Below the pieces are notes generated by a model. The model was not told the DNA's origin. It did no database searches and was given only the letters and a program-made list of their open reading frames with translations. DNA of 64,000 nt. Source: Octopus sinensis (Eukaryota). The position numbers and the translations under genes were made by a program. Positions 11,049-23,798 of the stretch are shown piece after piece. Position 1 is the stretch's first letter. The number at the start of each line of letters is the position of its first letter. The stretch is taken from assembly GCF_006345805.1 (NCBI RefSeq), contig NW_021837042.1, positions 1-64,000 of the forward strand, read 5' to 3'.

Positions 11049-11310
11049 GATTCAGGTCACTGCCCGGAATCGAACTTGGAATCTTAGCGTTAGTAACCCC
11101 AAGATTCCGAGTTCGATTTCAGACAGTGATCTGAATAATAATAATAATAACAACAGCATCAAAAAATATGTTAGGAATGAGAACCCAGGTTCGAAATTTC
11201 CCCAAGACACCTGATGAAGGCTGGCGCGTATATCAGCCGAAAGTTGTATTAACAACAAACAAGATGAGGACAAATATCCGTCGAATGTAAATAATATAAA
11301 TAATGTTCCT
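10811..11310. mobile_element. Head-to-head inverted pair of PLE F1 repeats
   Basis: Minus copy 10811-11098 and plus copy 11099-11310 are fused within the tRNA-like cassette; each has (AAT)n and a hammerhead motif. Confidence 0.85.
10895..10940 (-). ncRNA. Minimal type I hammerhead ribozyme motif
   Basis: gagac-CTGATGA-a-ggctg(gagggtgtat)cagcc-GAA-AC-GT-T-gtgtt: canonical core, palindromic ACGU helix III, helix I with one mismatch. Confidence 0.7.
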
Positions 11311-11347
11311 ATCAGACACTTTACATTATTGCTTCAATTGCATTGCT

Positions 11348-11421
<74 letters not shown>

Positions 11422-11444
11422 GCCTTCCTCAACATAAAGATTTC

Positions 11445-11710
11445 GGATCTTTTCAGTTTGAAGGCCAGATTTTCTTAGTTAACTAAACAATTTGAAACTT
11501 CGTATACTGGTATAATATGTCAAAAGAAAACATAATTGTAACCCAAAATGAAAACGGATTTGTAATTTCTAAGTTTAACGTTGTTTAATAATTCGAATTT
11601 TAACCAATGATATTCTTTCTTTCGACCTCATATTATTTACTGCCTCTCAAAATATTGTTACTGTGACGTAAACAGCTATTTTGTGACGTAGTTAACGTAA
11701 ACATGTAAAC
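11445..11710 (+). mobile_element. MITE family with ggatcttttca.tttgaa TIR, one end
   Basis: Close match to the reverse complement of 25830-26099; complete relative at 51314-51584. Confidence 0.8.
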
Positions 11711-11859
11711 AGACCTACAGATTCGTTTGTAACGTAAACATCCGCTCATTGGCATCGTACACAGCTTTTTCAGTTCCCTAGAACCGAGCCGAGCCGAGCC
11801 GAGCCGAAGGACAGTGAGCCCAATGGCGCCCAGAACCTTGCTCCTGACACTCCATGGAC

Positions 11860-12012
11860 CCTAAGCAAGGCGTGTGTAAAATGTGAATGAAATTGGTTGT
11901 GTAGTTCTCAAGTTTTAGGGATTCACACAGACAGACAGATACACATTCTTAGTTTCATATATATCGATATACTAGCATTATGACCCGGTCGTTGCCGGGT
12001 CATAGTGCTAGT
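11860..12012 (-). mobile_element. Helitron 5' end joined to a palindromic Helitron 3' end
   Basis: Minus strand TCgatatatatgaaac..gtctgtctgtgtg start; 11971-12012 is actagcattatgacccgg-tcgttg-ccgggtcatagtgctagt. Confidence 0.6.
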
Positions 12013-12050
12013 CCATGTATATATGAGTATATATATGTGTTCATATTACA

Positions 12051-12093
<43 letters not shown>

Positions 12094-12139
12094 TTACACA
12101 TAAAACAAATACAATGTTATATCTTGATATCGCTATGAT

Positions 12140-12530
12140 AACAATACTCAAAATATATAACAACTGGAATTGTAGGCCCGTCTCTTGCAATTTTCCAACC
12201 AATGTATTTTGTCCTCCCTCTGGTGTAGAAGTGTGGCTACAATCCAGCCTACCTCTACTTTTGCGGGGATATCTTTCATAGTCGCACCAAGACACTTTTC
12301 GATGGTGCTTTCCTCCAGGTGTTCAAATCTTTTTTTTCTTTCTACATTGTATGCTTTATAGACAATTGTCTTTTCTTTAATTTTATATTTCGTTTGGTGG
12401 TGTTATCTTAGATTCAATGTCTTTCTCGTTGATCAATCCGAAAAAGGTGTGTATTTCTTCCATTTTAATTTTAATGAGTTCGCGCCCGCCGACGGCTGCA
12501 GCGGAATTCATTTTTGGACTTTCTTCTCTC
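12140..12530 (-). pseudogene. Degenerate coding-like fragment, probably a retroelement ORF N-terminus, between (TA)n tracts
   Basis: With one frameshift reads [96 protein letters not shown]; family not recognised. Confidence 0.3.
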
Positions 12531-12582
<52 letters not shown>

Positions 12583-15500
12583 CTATATACAAATTAAATA
12601 TATATATATATAAATATATACAATTATATATATATATATATAAATATATACAAATTATATATATTTATACAAATATATACAAATTATATGTATGTATATA
12701 AATAAATACAAATTATATATATGTATACATATATATATACTAATTATATATATGTATACATATATATATACAAATATATATATACACATTATATATATGT
12801 ATACATAGATATATACAAATTATGTATGTAAATATATACAAATTGTATATATGTATGTAAATATATACAAATGTATATATGTATGTAAAATATAAAAAAT
12901 TGTATATATGTATGCAAATATATGCAAATTGTATATAGGTATGTAAATATATGCAAATTGTATATAGGTATGTAAATATATGCAATTTGTATATAGGTAT
13001 GTGAATATATGCAAATTGTATATAGGTATGTGAATATATGCAAATTGTATATAGGTATGTGAATATATGCAAATTGTATATAGGGATGTGAATATATGCA
13101 AATTGTATATAGGTATGTCAATATATGCAAATTGTATATAGGGATGTGAATATATGCAAATTGTATATAGGTATGTGAATATATGCAAATTGCATATAGG
13201 CATGTAAATATATGCAAATTGCATATAGGTATGTGAATATATGCAAATTGCATATAGGTATGTGAATATATGCAAATTGCATATAGGTATGTGAATATAT
13301 GCAAATTGCATATAGGTATGTGAATATATGCAAATTGCATATAGGTATGTGAATATATGCAAATTGCATATAGGTATGTGAATATATGCAAATTGCATAT
13401 AGGTATGTGAATATATGCAAATTGCATATAGGCATGTAAATATATGCAAATTGCATATAGGTATGTGAATATATACAAACCGCATATATGTATGTAAATA
13501 TATACAAACCGCAATTATGCATGTAAATATATACAAACCGTATATATGCATGTAAATATATACAAACCATATATATGCATGTAAATATATACAAATCATA
13601 TATATGCATGTAAATATATACAAATTATATATATGCATACAAATATATACAAATTATATATATGCATACAAATATATACAAATTATATATATGCATACAA
13701 ATTATATATATGTATATATGTATATAAATGTATACAAATTATACATATGTATATAAATGTATACAAATTATACATATGTATATAAACGTATACAAATTAT
13801 ATATATGTATATATGTATACGAATTATATATATGTATATATGTATACAAATTATATATATGTATATAAACGTACACAAATTATATATATGTATATGAACG
13901 TATACAAATTATATATTTGTATATAAACGTATACAAATTATATATTTGTATATAAATATATACAAAATATATATAATTATATATATAATTTGTATATATT
14001 TATATACATATATATATAAATATATACAAAGTATATATATGTATATGAATATATACAAATTATATATATGTATATGAATATATACAAATTATATATATGT
14101 ATATGAATACATATACAAATTGTATATATGTATATGAAGATATACAAATTACACATATGTATATGAAGATATACAAATTACATGTATGTATATGAATATA
14201 TACAAATTACATATATGTATATGAATATATACAAATTACATATATGTATATGTATATATACAACTTACATATATGTATATGAATATATACAAATTACATA
14301 TATGTATATGAAAATGCGCAAATTATATGTATATGAAGATATACAAATTATATATATGTATACAAATTATATATATGTATATATGTATAGAAATTATATA
14401 TATGTATATAAATGTATACAAGTATATGTACGTATATAAACGTATACAAGTTATATATATGTATATAAACGTATACAAATTATATATATGTATATAAACG
14501 TATACAAGTTATATATATGTATATAAACGTATACAAATTATATATTTGTATATAAATATATACAAAATATATATAATTATATATATAATTTGTATATATA
14601 TATATACATATATATAAATATATACAAATTATATATATGTATACAAATATATACAAATTATATATATGTATGTAAATATATACAAATTATATATTTGTAT
14701 ATAAATATCTACAAATTATATATATGTATATGAATATATACAAATTATATATATGTATATGAATATATACAAATTATATATATGTATATGAATATATATA
14801 CAAATTATATATATGTATATGAATATATACAAATTATATATATGTATATGAATATATACAAATTATATATATGTATATGAATATATACAAATTATATATA
14901 TGTATATGAATATATACAAATTATATATATGTATATGAATATACACAAATTATATATATGTATATGAATAGATGCAAATTATATATATGTATATGAATAT
15001 ACACAAATTATATATATGTATATGAATATATACAAATTATATGTATATGAATACATGCAAATTATATATATGTATATGAATATACACATATATATATGTA
15101 TATGAATATATATAGAAATTATATATATGTATATGAATATATACAAATTATATATATGTATATGAATATATATAGATTATATATATGTATATGAATATAT
15201 ACAACTTACATATATGTATATGAATATATACAAATTACATATATGTATATGAAGATATACAAATTATATATATGTATACAAAATTATATATAGTATATAT
15301 GTATAGAAATTAGATATATGTATATAAATGTATACAAATTCTATATATGTATATAAATGTATACAAGTTATATATATGTATATAAACGTATACAAATTAT
15401 ATATTGTATAAATATATACAAAATATATATAATTATTATATATTAATTTGTATATATATATAACATATTATATAAATATATACAAATTATATATATGTAT

Positions 15501-17777
15501 ACAAAATATACAAATTATATATGTATATAAATATATACAAATTATATATTGTATATAAATATCTACAAATTATTATATATGTATATGAATATTATACAAA
15601 TTATATATGTATATGAATATATACAAATTATATATATGTATATGAATATATACAAATTATATATATGTATATGAATATACACAAATTTATATATGTATAT
15701 GAATATATGCACATTATATATATGTATATGAATATACACAAATTATATATGTATATGAATATAATAATTATATATGTATATGAATATTATAGATATATAT
15801 ATGTATATGAATATATACAGATTATATATATGTATATGAATATATAAAGATTATATATATGTATATGAAATAATAAAGATTATATAATGTATATGAAATA
15901 TATGTATAGATCATATATATGTAATGAATATATACAGATTTATATATGTATATGAATATATAAAGATTATATATATGTATTGAATATATATCTCGATTAT
16001 ATATATGTATATGGAATATATACAGCTTATCTATATTGTATATGAAATATATAGATATATATATGTATATGAATATATACAAATTATATATATGTATATG
16101 AATATATACAAATTATATATGTATATGAATATATACAAATATATATATGTATATGAATATATACAAATTATATATATGTATATGACTATATACAAATATA
16201 TATATGCATATGAATATATACAAATTATATATATGCATATAAATATATACAAATTATATATATATGTATAAAAATATATACAAATTATATATATGCATAT
16301 GAATATATACAAATTATATATATGCATATAAATATATACAAATTATATATATGAATATAAATATATACAAATTATATATATGCATATAAATATATACAAA
16401 TTATATATATGCATACAAATATATACAAATTATATATATCCATACAAATATATACAAATTATATATATGTATACAAATTATATATATATGTATATAAATT
16501 ATATATATATATATAAACGTATACAAATTATATATATGTATATAAACTTATACAAGTTATATATATGTATATAAACGTATACAAATTATATATATGTATA
16601 TAAACGTATACAAATTATATATTTGTATATAAACGTATACAAATTACATCTTTGTATATAAATGTATACAAATTATATATAATTATATATATAATTGTAT
16701 ATATTTATATACATATATATAAATATATACAAATGATATTTGTATATGAATATATACAAATTATTATTTTTTATTGAATATATACAAAATTATAATATGT
16801 ATATGATATATACAAATTATATATATGTATGTGAATATATACAAATTATATATATGTATATGAATATATATACAGATTATATATATATGTATATGAATAT
16901 ATACCGATTATGTATATGAATATATACCGATTATATATATGTATATGAATATATACAGATTATATATATGTATATGAATATATACAGATTATATATATAT
17001 ATATGAATATATACCGATTATATATATGTATATGAATATATATAGATTATATATATGTATATGAATATATACAAATTATATATATGTATATAAATATATA
17101 CAAATTATATATATGTATATGAATATATACAAAGTATATATATGTATATGAATATATACAAAATATATATACGTATATGAATATAAACAAATTATATATA
17201 TGTATATGAAGATATACAAATTATATATATGTATATGAAAATATACAAATTATATATTTGTATATGAATATATACAAATTATATATATGTATAAATACAA
17301 ATTATTTATATGTTTATGTATATATACAAATTATATATATGTATATGAATATATACAAATTATATATATGTATATGAATATATACAAATTATATATATGT
17401 ATATGAATATATACAAAGTATATATATGTATATGAATATATCCAAAATATATATACGTATATGAATATAAACAAATTATATATATGTATATGAAGATATA
17501 CAAATTATATATATGTATATGAAGATATACAATTATATATATGTATATGAAAATATACAAAATTATAATTGTATATGAAAATATACAAATATATGTATAT
17601 GAATATATGCAAATCATATATATGTATGTGAATATATGCAAATTATATATATGTATATGAATATATACAAATTATATATATGTATATCAATATATACAAT
17701 TTATATATATGTATATCAATATATACAAATTATATATATGTATATCAATATATACAAATCATATATATGTATATAAA
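12530..17777. repeat. AT-rich minisatellite (about 24-29-bp units, atatatgtatatgaatatatacaaatt-like)
   Basis: Directly visible; homogeneous 29-bp block at about 12900-13460; resumes at 19981-20415 and 22517-22690. Confidence 0.95.
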
Positions 17778-19888
17778 TGTCTCTCCTCGCCAGACATCGA
17801 CGTGAAATTTCAACAATTCATGTCTGTAATGCAAGCCATATGCTACAAATATGTCCCAGAGAGAAAGGCCACTGTACACAAGAACAAAATCCCCAGAGAG
17901 AGGAAAATTCTAATGAGACGGCGTACAAAATTTTCAAATCGCCTAAACAAACAGATTGAAAGCAGTGAAAAGTCCCGCCTGAAAATAAAACTGTTGGAAA
18001 TCGAAAAATGTCTGAAACTCTCCCATGAAAAGGAAAGAGCAGACAAAGAAGCCTGGGCTATAGACAACATAAAATCTAACCCCAGAGCTTTCTACAGGTA
18101 TGCCAAAGAAACAGCTACGGTGCACTGTAGAATAGGGCCACTCCTCGAAAAGGATGGCACACTTACAGGAAAACCAATGAGGGTAAGTGAAATACTGAAT
18201 GAGCAATTCAAGAGTGTTTTCACTCCACCCCTTGGGCATCTCAAATCACCAATCCAACTGACTTTTTTTACCACTGCAGATATAAAATCAGAGGCGGCGA
18301 CGATAGATTACATCGATATAAAAGAGGACGATGTAATCAAGGCTATAGATGAAATGAAAACAGACTCAGCTACTGGCCCCGATGGATTCCCGGCAATCCT
18401 CCTAAAAGCATGTAAGAGAGTCCTAGCAAGACCACTGCAGTTCCTCTTTCAGAGCTTCCTTGCAGCTGGCAAACTTCCAAGAAAACTGAAGGAAGGTAAA
18501 ATATGCTCCATTCATAAAGGAGGTAGCAGAGCGAAAGCCAAGAACTACAGACCTATCTCTCTGACCTCACACATCAGCAAGGTCATGGAACGAATAGTCA
18601 GAAGGAAGCTGATCACCTTTCCGACCAGGGAGAAGCTGTTTAACTCAGCTCCTACAACACTATGACTGGGTGCTGAAACGGCTGCTCAACCACTCAAATG
18701 TGGAAGTGATATATCTCGACTTTGCAAAGGCCTTTGATAAAGTCGATCATGGAATGATATGTCACAAACTGCGTGATCTCAACATAGTTGGAAAACTGGG
18801 AGAATGGCTTCATGACTTTCTGAAAGATAGAAGTCAGGTGGTAGTGGCCAATGGGGCCACTTCCATTAACACGCAAATAGTGAGCGGTGTTCCGCAGGGC
18901 ACTGTTCTGGGACCACTACTGTTCATAATGGCCCTCTCAGACATGCCCTCATCCACGCAGAGAGCCACGATCACAAGTTATGCAGATGATACAAAAGTTT
19001 CACAGGCAATACAGAACTCTGAGGACACTAAACACCTGCAATGTGAGCTAGACAAAATATACAAGTGGGCCGAAAAGAATAGCATGCAGTTCAATGCTGA
19101 AAAGTTTCAAGCTCTATACTATCAGTATGTAAAACTAAATGCAATACCCAATGAATACACTGGACCCGGAGGGATTGCAATCCCAGAGGCACAATCAGTG
19201 CGTGACCTGGGTATTCACATGAGTGATGACGCGACCTTTCATGTACATGTTGCTAAACTGACAATGAAATGCAGACGCTGGCTGGATGGATTCTTAGAAC
19301 CTTTAGAACAAGAGAACAAGAAACCATGATGGTCCTCTGGAAGACACTTGTCCTAAGCCACTTTGACTATTGCTCTCAGCTATGGTCACCATCCAGTGTC
19401 AAGTTGATCACAGAACTTGAGGCGATCCAACGAAGCTACACGAAGAAGATAGCCTCTATGCAGAATGTAAGCTACTGGGAAAGACTCAAGAGATTAAAAT
19501 TATATTCCTGGAGCGTAGGCGGGAAAGATATGCCATAATATACATCTGGAAGATCCTGGAGGGAAGTGTCCTGAACTTTGGCATCGAGAGTTACGCAAAT
19601 GCCAGAACTGGGCGCCACTGCGTGGTGCCTAGGACTCCAAACTTGCCATCAAGATGTAGGACAAGATTCTGTGATAGCCTGGGCTTCCGAGGCCCACAGC
19701 TCTTCAATATCCTCCCGAAGAACCTGAGAGACCTGCATGGGGTGGATACAGATGTCTTTAAAATGGAGCTGGATCTCTTCCTGTCAGGTGTCCCAGATGA
19801 ACCAACTTCACGGCAGGGGGTGCAGATGAGGGCAGCTGCATCGAACTCTCTCATGCACCAAATAGCAGTTGCTAGAAAGCCTCCATGA
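17778..19888 (+). pseudogene. Frameshifted reverse transcriptase ORF2
   Basis: ORFs 17709-18665, 18670-19329, 19269-19538 and 19622-19888 are consecutive pieces of one RT protein. Confidence 0.9.
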
Positions 19889-19980
19889 AGTGAAACCAAG
19901 TAGCAACACCAAATGGCGGTGCCCCAGCATGGCCACAGCTCATAAGCTGAAACTAGAATCAATCAATCAATCAATCAATC
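17778..19980 (+). mobile_element. CR1-type LINE, 5'-truncated, with (AATC)n tail, inserted in the satellite
   Basis: NPRAFYRYAK, KNYRPISLTSHISKVMERI, DFAKAFDKVDH, SGVPQGTVLGPLLF, YADDTK and C-terminal PDEP..RAAASNSL; several frameshifts. Confidence 0.9.
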
Positions 19981-20416
19981 ATATGAATATATACAAATTA
20001 TATATATGTATATGAATATATATGTATATGAATATATACAAATTATATATATGTGTATGAATATATACAAATTATATATATGTATATAAATATATACAAA
20101 TTATATATATGTATATAAATATATACAAATTATATATATGTATATAAATATATACAAATTATATATATGTATATAAATATATACAAATTATATATATGTA
20201 TATAAATATATACAAATTAAATATATGTATACAAATATATACAAATTATATATATGTATACAAACATATACAAATTATATATATGTATACAAACATATAC
20301 AAATTATATATGTATACAAACATATACAAATTATATATATGTATACAAATTATATATATGTATATAAATGTATACAAATTATATATATGTATATAAATGT
20401 ATACAAATTATATATC

Positions 20417-20980
20417 TCTTATCTCTTATTATAAAAGGCGATTTTATCTGCCTCCCTTTGGGAGTTATACAAATCTACAATATAGGATTTCTTCAATTAC
20501 AATTTACCTAGCAGTTTTAAGAGTACAATGCATCGCGTCATGCCAGGTCCAGTTTTTAAAATTTAAACTCCAATTAAGCAAAATTTACAGAAAACTCACA
20601 TTCTGGTGTGTGTGTCAAATGCTTTTCTTAGTCTGGTTTACACCACACGCAAACGCACACACACAGGGGCAACGAATAAAATGAAAGTAATTGACTTACT
20701 GTAGTGAGTGATTCTTTCACTCTGCTTCCCACTTCCTCTTTCCACACATACACACGCAAAATATAAATAAAATTGTAAGCTAACGTGCGTGTGTGTGAGT
20801 GGTGTGTGTGGGTGTGCGCGTGTGTGTGTGTGTGTGAGTGGGTGTGTGTGGGTGTGCGTGTGTGTGTGTGTGTGAGGGTGCGTGTGTGTGTATGTGTGTG
20901 CGTGTGCGTGAGTGTGTGATAGGAAAGTTTTTTACGACGAATATAACACCTATATCCAAGTAGCAGAAAGATAAGACAGT
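20417..20980 (+). mobile_element. Putative non-autonomous Helitron family H2, copy 1
   Basis: Starts TCtcttattataaaaggc; similar to 22691-23450. No clear 3' CTAG end, so the class is inferred. Confidence 0.5.
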
Positions 20981-21340
20981 AAGGTGTGATTTGAGGGAGA
21001 TTTGGCTGCTATTTCTAGCATGTCTAGCTGCCATGTAGGGGTCTCCCTCATAGGCTCATACATACATATATACATAGATAAGACAGTAAGGTGTGATTTG
21101 GGGGAAATTTGGCTGCTATTTCTACCAGGTCTAGCTGCCATGTAGGGGTCTCCCTCATAGGCTCATACATACATTATACATAGATAAGACAGTAAGGTGT
21201 GATTTGGGGGAAATTTGGCTGCTATTTCTACCAGGTCTAGCTACCATGTAGAGGTCCCCCTCATTGGCTCATATATATATACATACATAAGACAGTAAGG
21301 TGTGATTTGAGGGAGATTTGGCTGCTGTTTCTACCAGGTC
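20971..21340. repeat. Tandem ~105-bp repeat, about 3.5 units
   Basis: ataagacagtaaggtgtgatttg..gctgctatttcta recurs at 20971, 21078, 21184 and 21287. Confidence 0.9.
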
Positions 21341-21401
21341 TGTTAGGCCTTCTCATGTAAACTCAAGCTTTCTCATGCCTTGACCAAAGCAGAGAATGTA
21401 T

Positions 21402-21690
21402 TCTTTTATTCTTCTGCTTTTTCCAGCCATTGGTCTGTAGCCATGCTGGGGCAATGCCTTGAAGAATTGTAGTTTAATGAATCAACTCCACTTTTATTTT
21501 TGTAAGCATTGTACTTATTCTATCTGTTTCCTTTGTCAAACCACTAGGTGACAGGATGTAAACAAACCAACATTCGTTGTCAAGCAGTGGTGGAGGACAA
21601 TCACAAGCACAGACACGCACACACACACACACATACATGCATACACATATACACACATACATACATACATACATATATATATATGTGTGT
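21402..21690 (-). mobile_element. SINE-A 3' half, diverged
   Basis: Tail and body similarity to SINE-A. Confidence 0.75.
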
Positions 21691-21699
21691 ATATATATA

Positions 21700-21958
21700 T
21701 TGCAGCGTGGAAGGTGTTTGTAAGCCATTTAAGAAACACACAAAAACCGTTACATTCACTTCAACATTTAAATTTAATTTGCCAAAATATTTTCGTCGCT
21801 TTGAGACCGCGACCTGTTCACTGACAAAAATATCGTGCTAACAGGTCGCGGTCTCAAAGCGATGAAAATATTTTGACAAATTAAATTTAAATGTTGAAGT
21901 GAATCTAACGGTTTTTGTGTGTTTCTTAAATGGCTTATAAACACCTTCAACGCTGCAA
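21700..21958. mobile_element. Fold-back element with 119-bp arms next to (TA)n
   Basis: Arms 21700-21818 and 21840-21958. The adjacent ctcagatcaagtcac motif recurs near 38500 and 61625. Confidence 0.85.
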
Positions 21959-22121
21959 CTGTTTTCGTTCCAGCACACGATCTCAGATCAAGTCACTTGC
22001 TATGCAAGTACATCTCTGTAACTATATATATATTTATATATATATATATATATGTATATTGGTAAAAACAGTAAGATAACAAAAGAAAGAAAGAACCTCA
22101 ATATTATGTAAATAGAGGAAA

Positions 22122-22516
22122 TCTTTATATATAAAAGTGAGGTTGTGTGTCTGTCTCCTACGATTTAGATTCCTAACTAGTCCCACATTTTGCGGTGCAG
22201 TTTAACCAAAACCGGGTATCTTATAGTCGTGATTCATATCGAGACCGTCTGGGTATTAGCGCGCGTCTACGATGAGTCTACGATTTAAAAAATAATTTAC
22301 CATCAATTTTTCCCATTTTTAATCCATTTTTGACATATATAAGGGAAGTAACTCTCTAAAATTTATTATTAAATCTCAGAACGTAAAAAGCTACAGTAAC
22401 ACCCCTCCCCCTTTGTGGTTAGCCATATTGAGATGGCTATTATACTTTACATCTCTAAAAATGCTTATATAATTATTTCCCTTACAAACCCGAGCAACGC
22501 CGGGCGATACTGCTAG
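22122..22516 (+). mobile_element. Non-autonomous Helitron family H1
   Basis: 5' TCtttatatataaaag; 3' cccgagcaacgccggg hairpin + ctgCTAG. Confidence 0.85.
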
Positions 22517-22690
22517 CATGTATATAAATGTATCCAAATTATATATATGTATATAAACGTATACAAATTATATATATGTATATAAACGTATACAACTTAT
22601 ATATATGTTTATAAACGTATACAAATTATATATAGGTATATAAACGTATACAAATTATATATAGGTATATAAATGTATACAAATTATATA

Positions 22691-23795
22691 TCTCTTATTA
22701 TACAAGGCAGATTTTATCTGCCTCCCTTTGTCTCTTATAGAAATCTACAATATAGGATTTCTTCAATTACAATTTACCTAGCATTTTTAAGAGTAGAATG
22801 CATCGGATCATGCCAGGTCCAGTTTTTAAAATTTCAACCCCAATTAAGCAAAATTTAGAGAAAACTCACATTGTGGTGTGTAAGTCAAGTGCTTTTCTTA
22901 TTGTGGGCTAGAGCACACGCACACACACAAAAACGGAGCGATCTGATTCACTCACGCTATCACTCTAATTTCTACTCCTTTCTCTTTGCAAGTGTGCAAC
23001 GATTAAAGTGAAACTATTTCTATAAAACGAAAGAAGTGTACCTTAAACCACTACTAAAAAAAAAAAAACACAGCAAACAGAAATAAATAAATACATAACG
23101 ATTTACTCCTCACACAATTTCTTCAATTAGAGTTTACCCATGATTTTTCAAAGTACTTCCATTGGGTCATGCCATACAAAATTTCTTTCAATTTTACCCC
23201 CAATTAAGACAAAATTCGAGAAAACTCAATATTTTAACATTTCACTCTGCATATTACTCCCACTTCCCCTTTACACACATAGACACGCAAATATATAAAT
23301 AAAATTGTAAGCTAATGTGTGTGTGTGTGTGTGTGTGCGTGTGTGTGAGTGTGTGTGTGTGTGTGTGCGTCTGTGTGTGCGTCTGTGTGTGTGAGGGTGC
23401 GTGTGTGTCTGTGTGTGTGTGTGCGTGTGTGTGAGTGTGTGACAGGGATGAGCAAGTCAAACTGGTCATCCCTTTTGCTAGATCACCTAACATCTAAAGT
23501 TATCTCTAAGTAGCAGTCGCCCAAAAGTGTATATAGACACACACATGTATGTATAATGTGTGTGTATATATTTCCATAGAGGTAACCATTCACTCCATAC
23601 AAAGTTATTTAGGACGAATTGGACGAATATAAGATCTAAAGTATATCCAAGTAGCGGAAAGATCGCCCAAAAGTGTATATAGATATTTAAATGTATTTAT
23701 ATATTCATCTATACACACATGTATGTATAATGTGTGTGTATATATTTCCATAGAGGTAACCATTCACTTCGCACAAAGTTTTTTAGGACGGACGA
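22691..23795 (+). mobile_element. Putative Helitron H2, copy 2, with internal ~145-bp tandem duplication
   Basis: Homologous to 20417-20980; 23518-23625 is duplicated at 23663-23795. Confidence 0.5.
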
Positions 23796-23798
23796 AAA

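Noticed and set aside
20971-21340. CRISPR-like array (also 60781-60882)
   Set aside because: Whole units are repeated with no unique spacers, the context is eukaryotic, and there are no cas genes.
21790-21835. Hammerhead in the 21.7-kb fold-back
   Set aside because: Both arms read aaagcgaY rather than GAAACGUH and the core would be tcagtga; too divergent.
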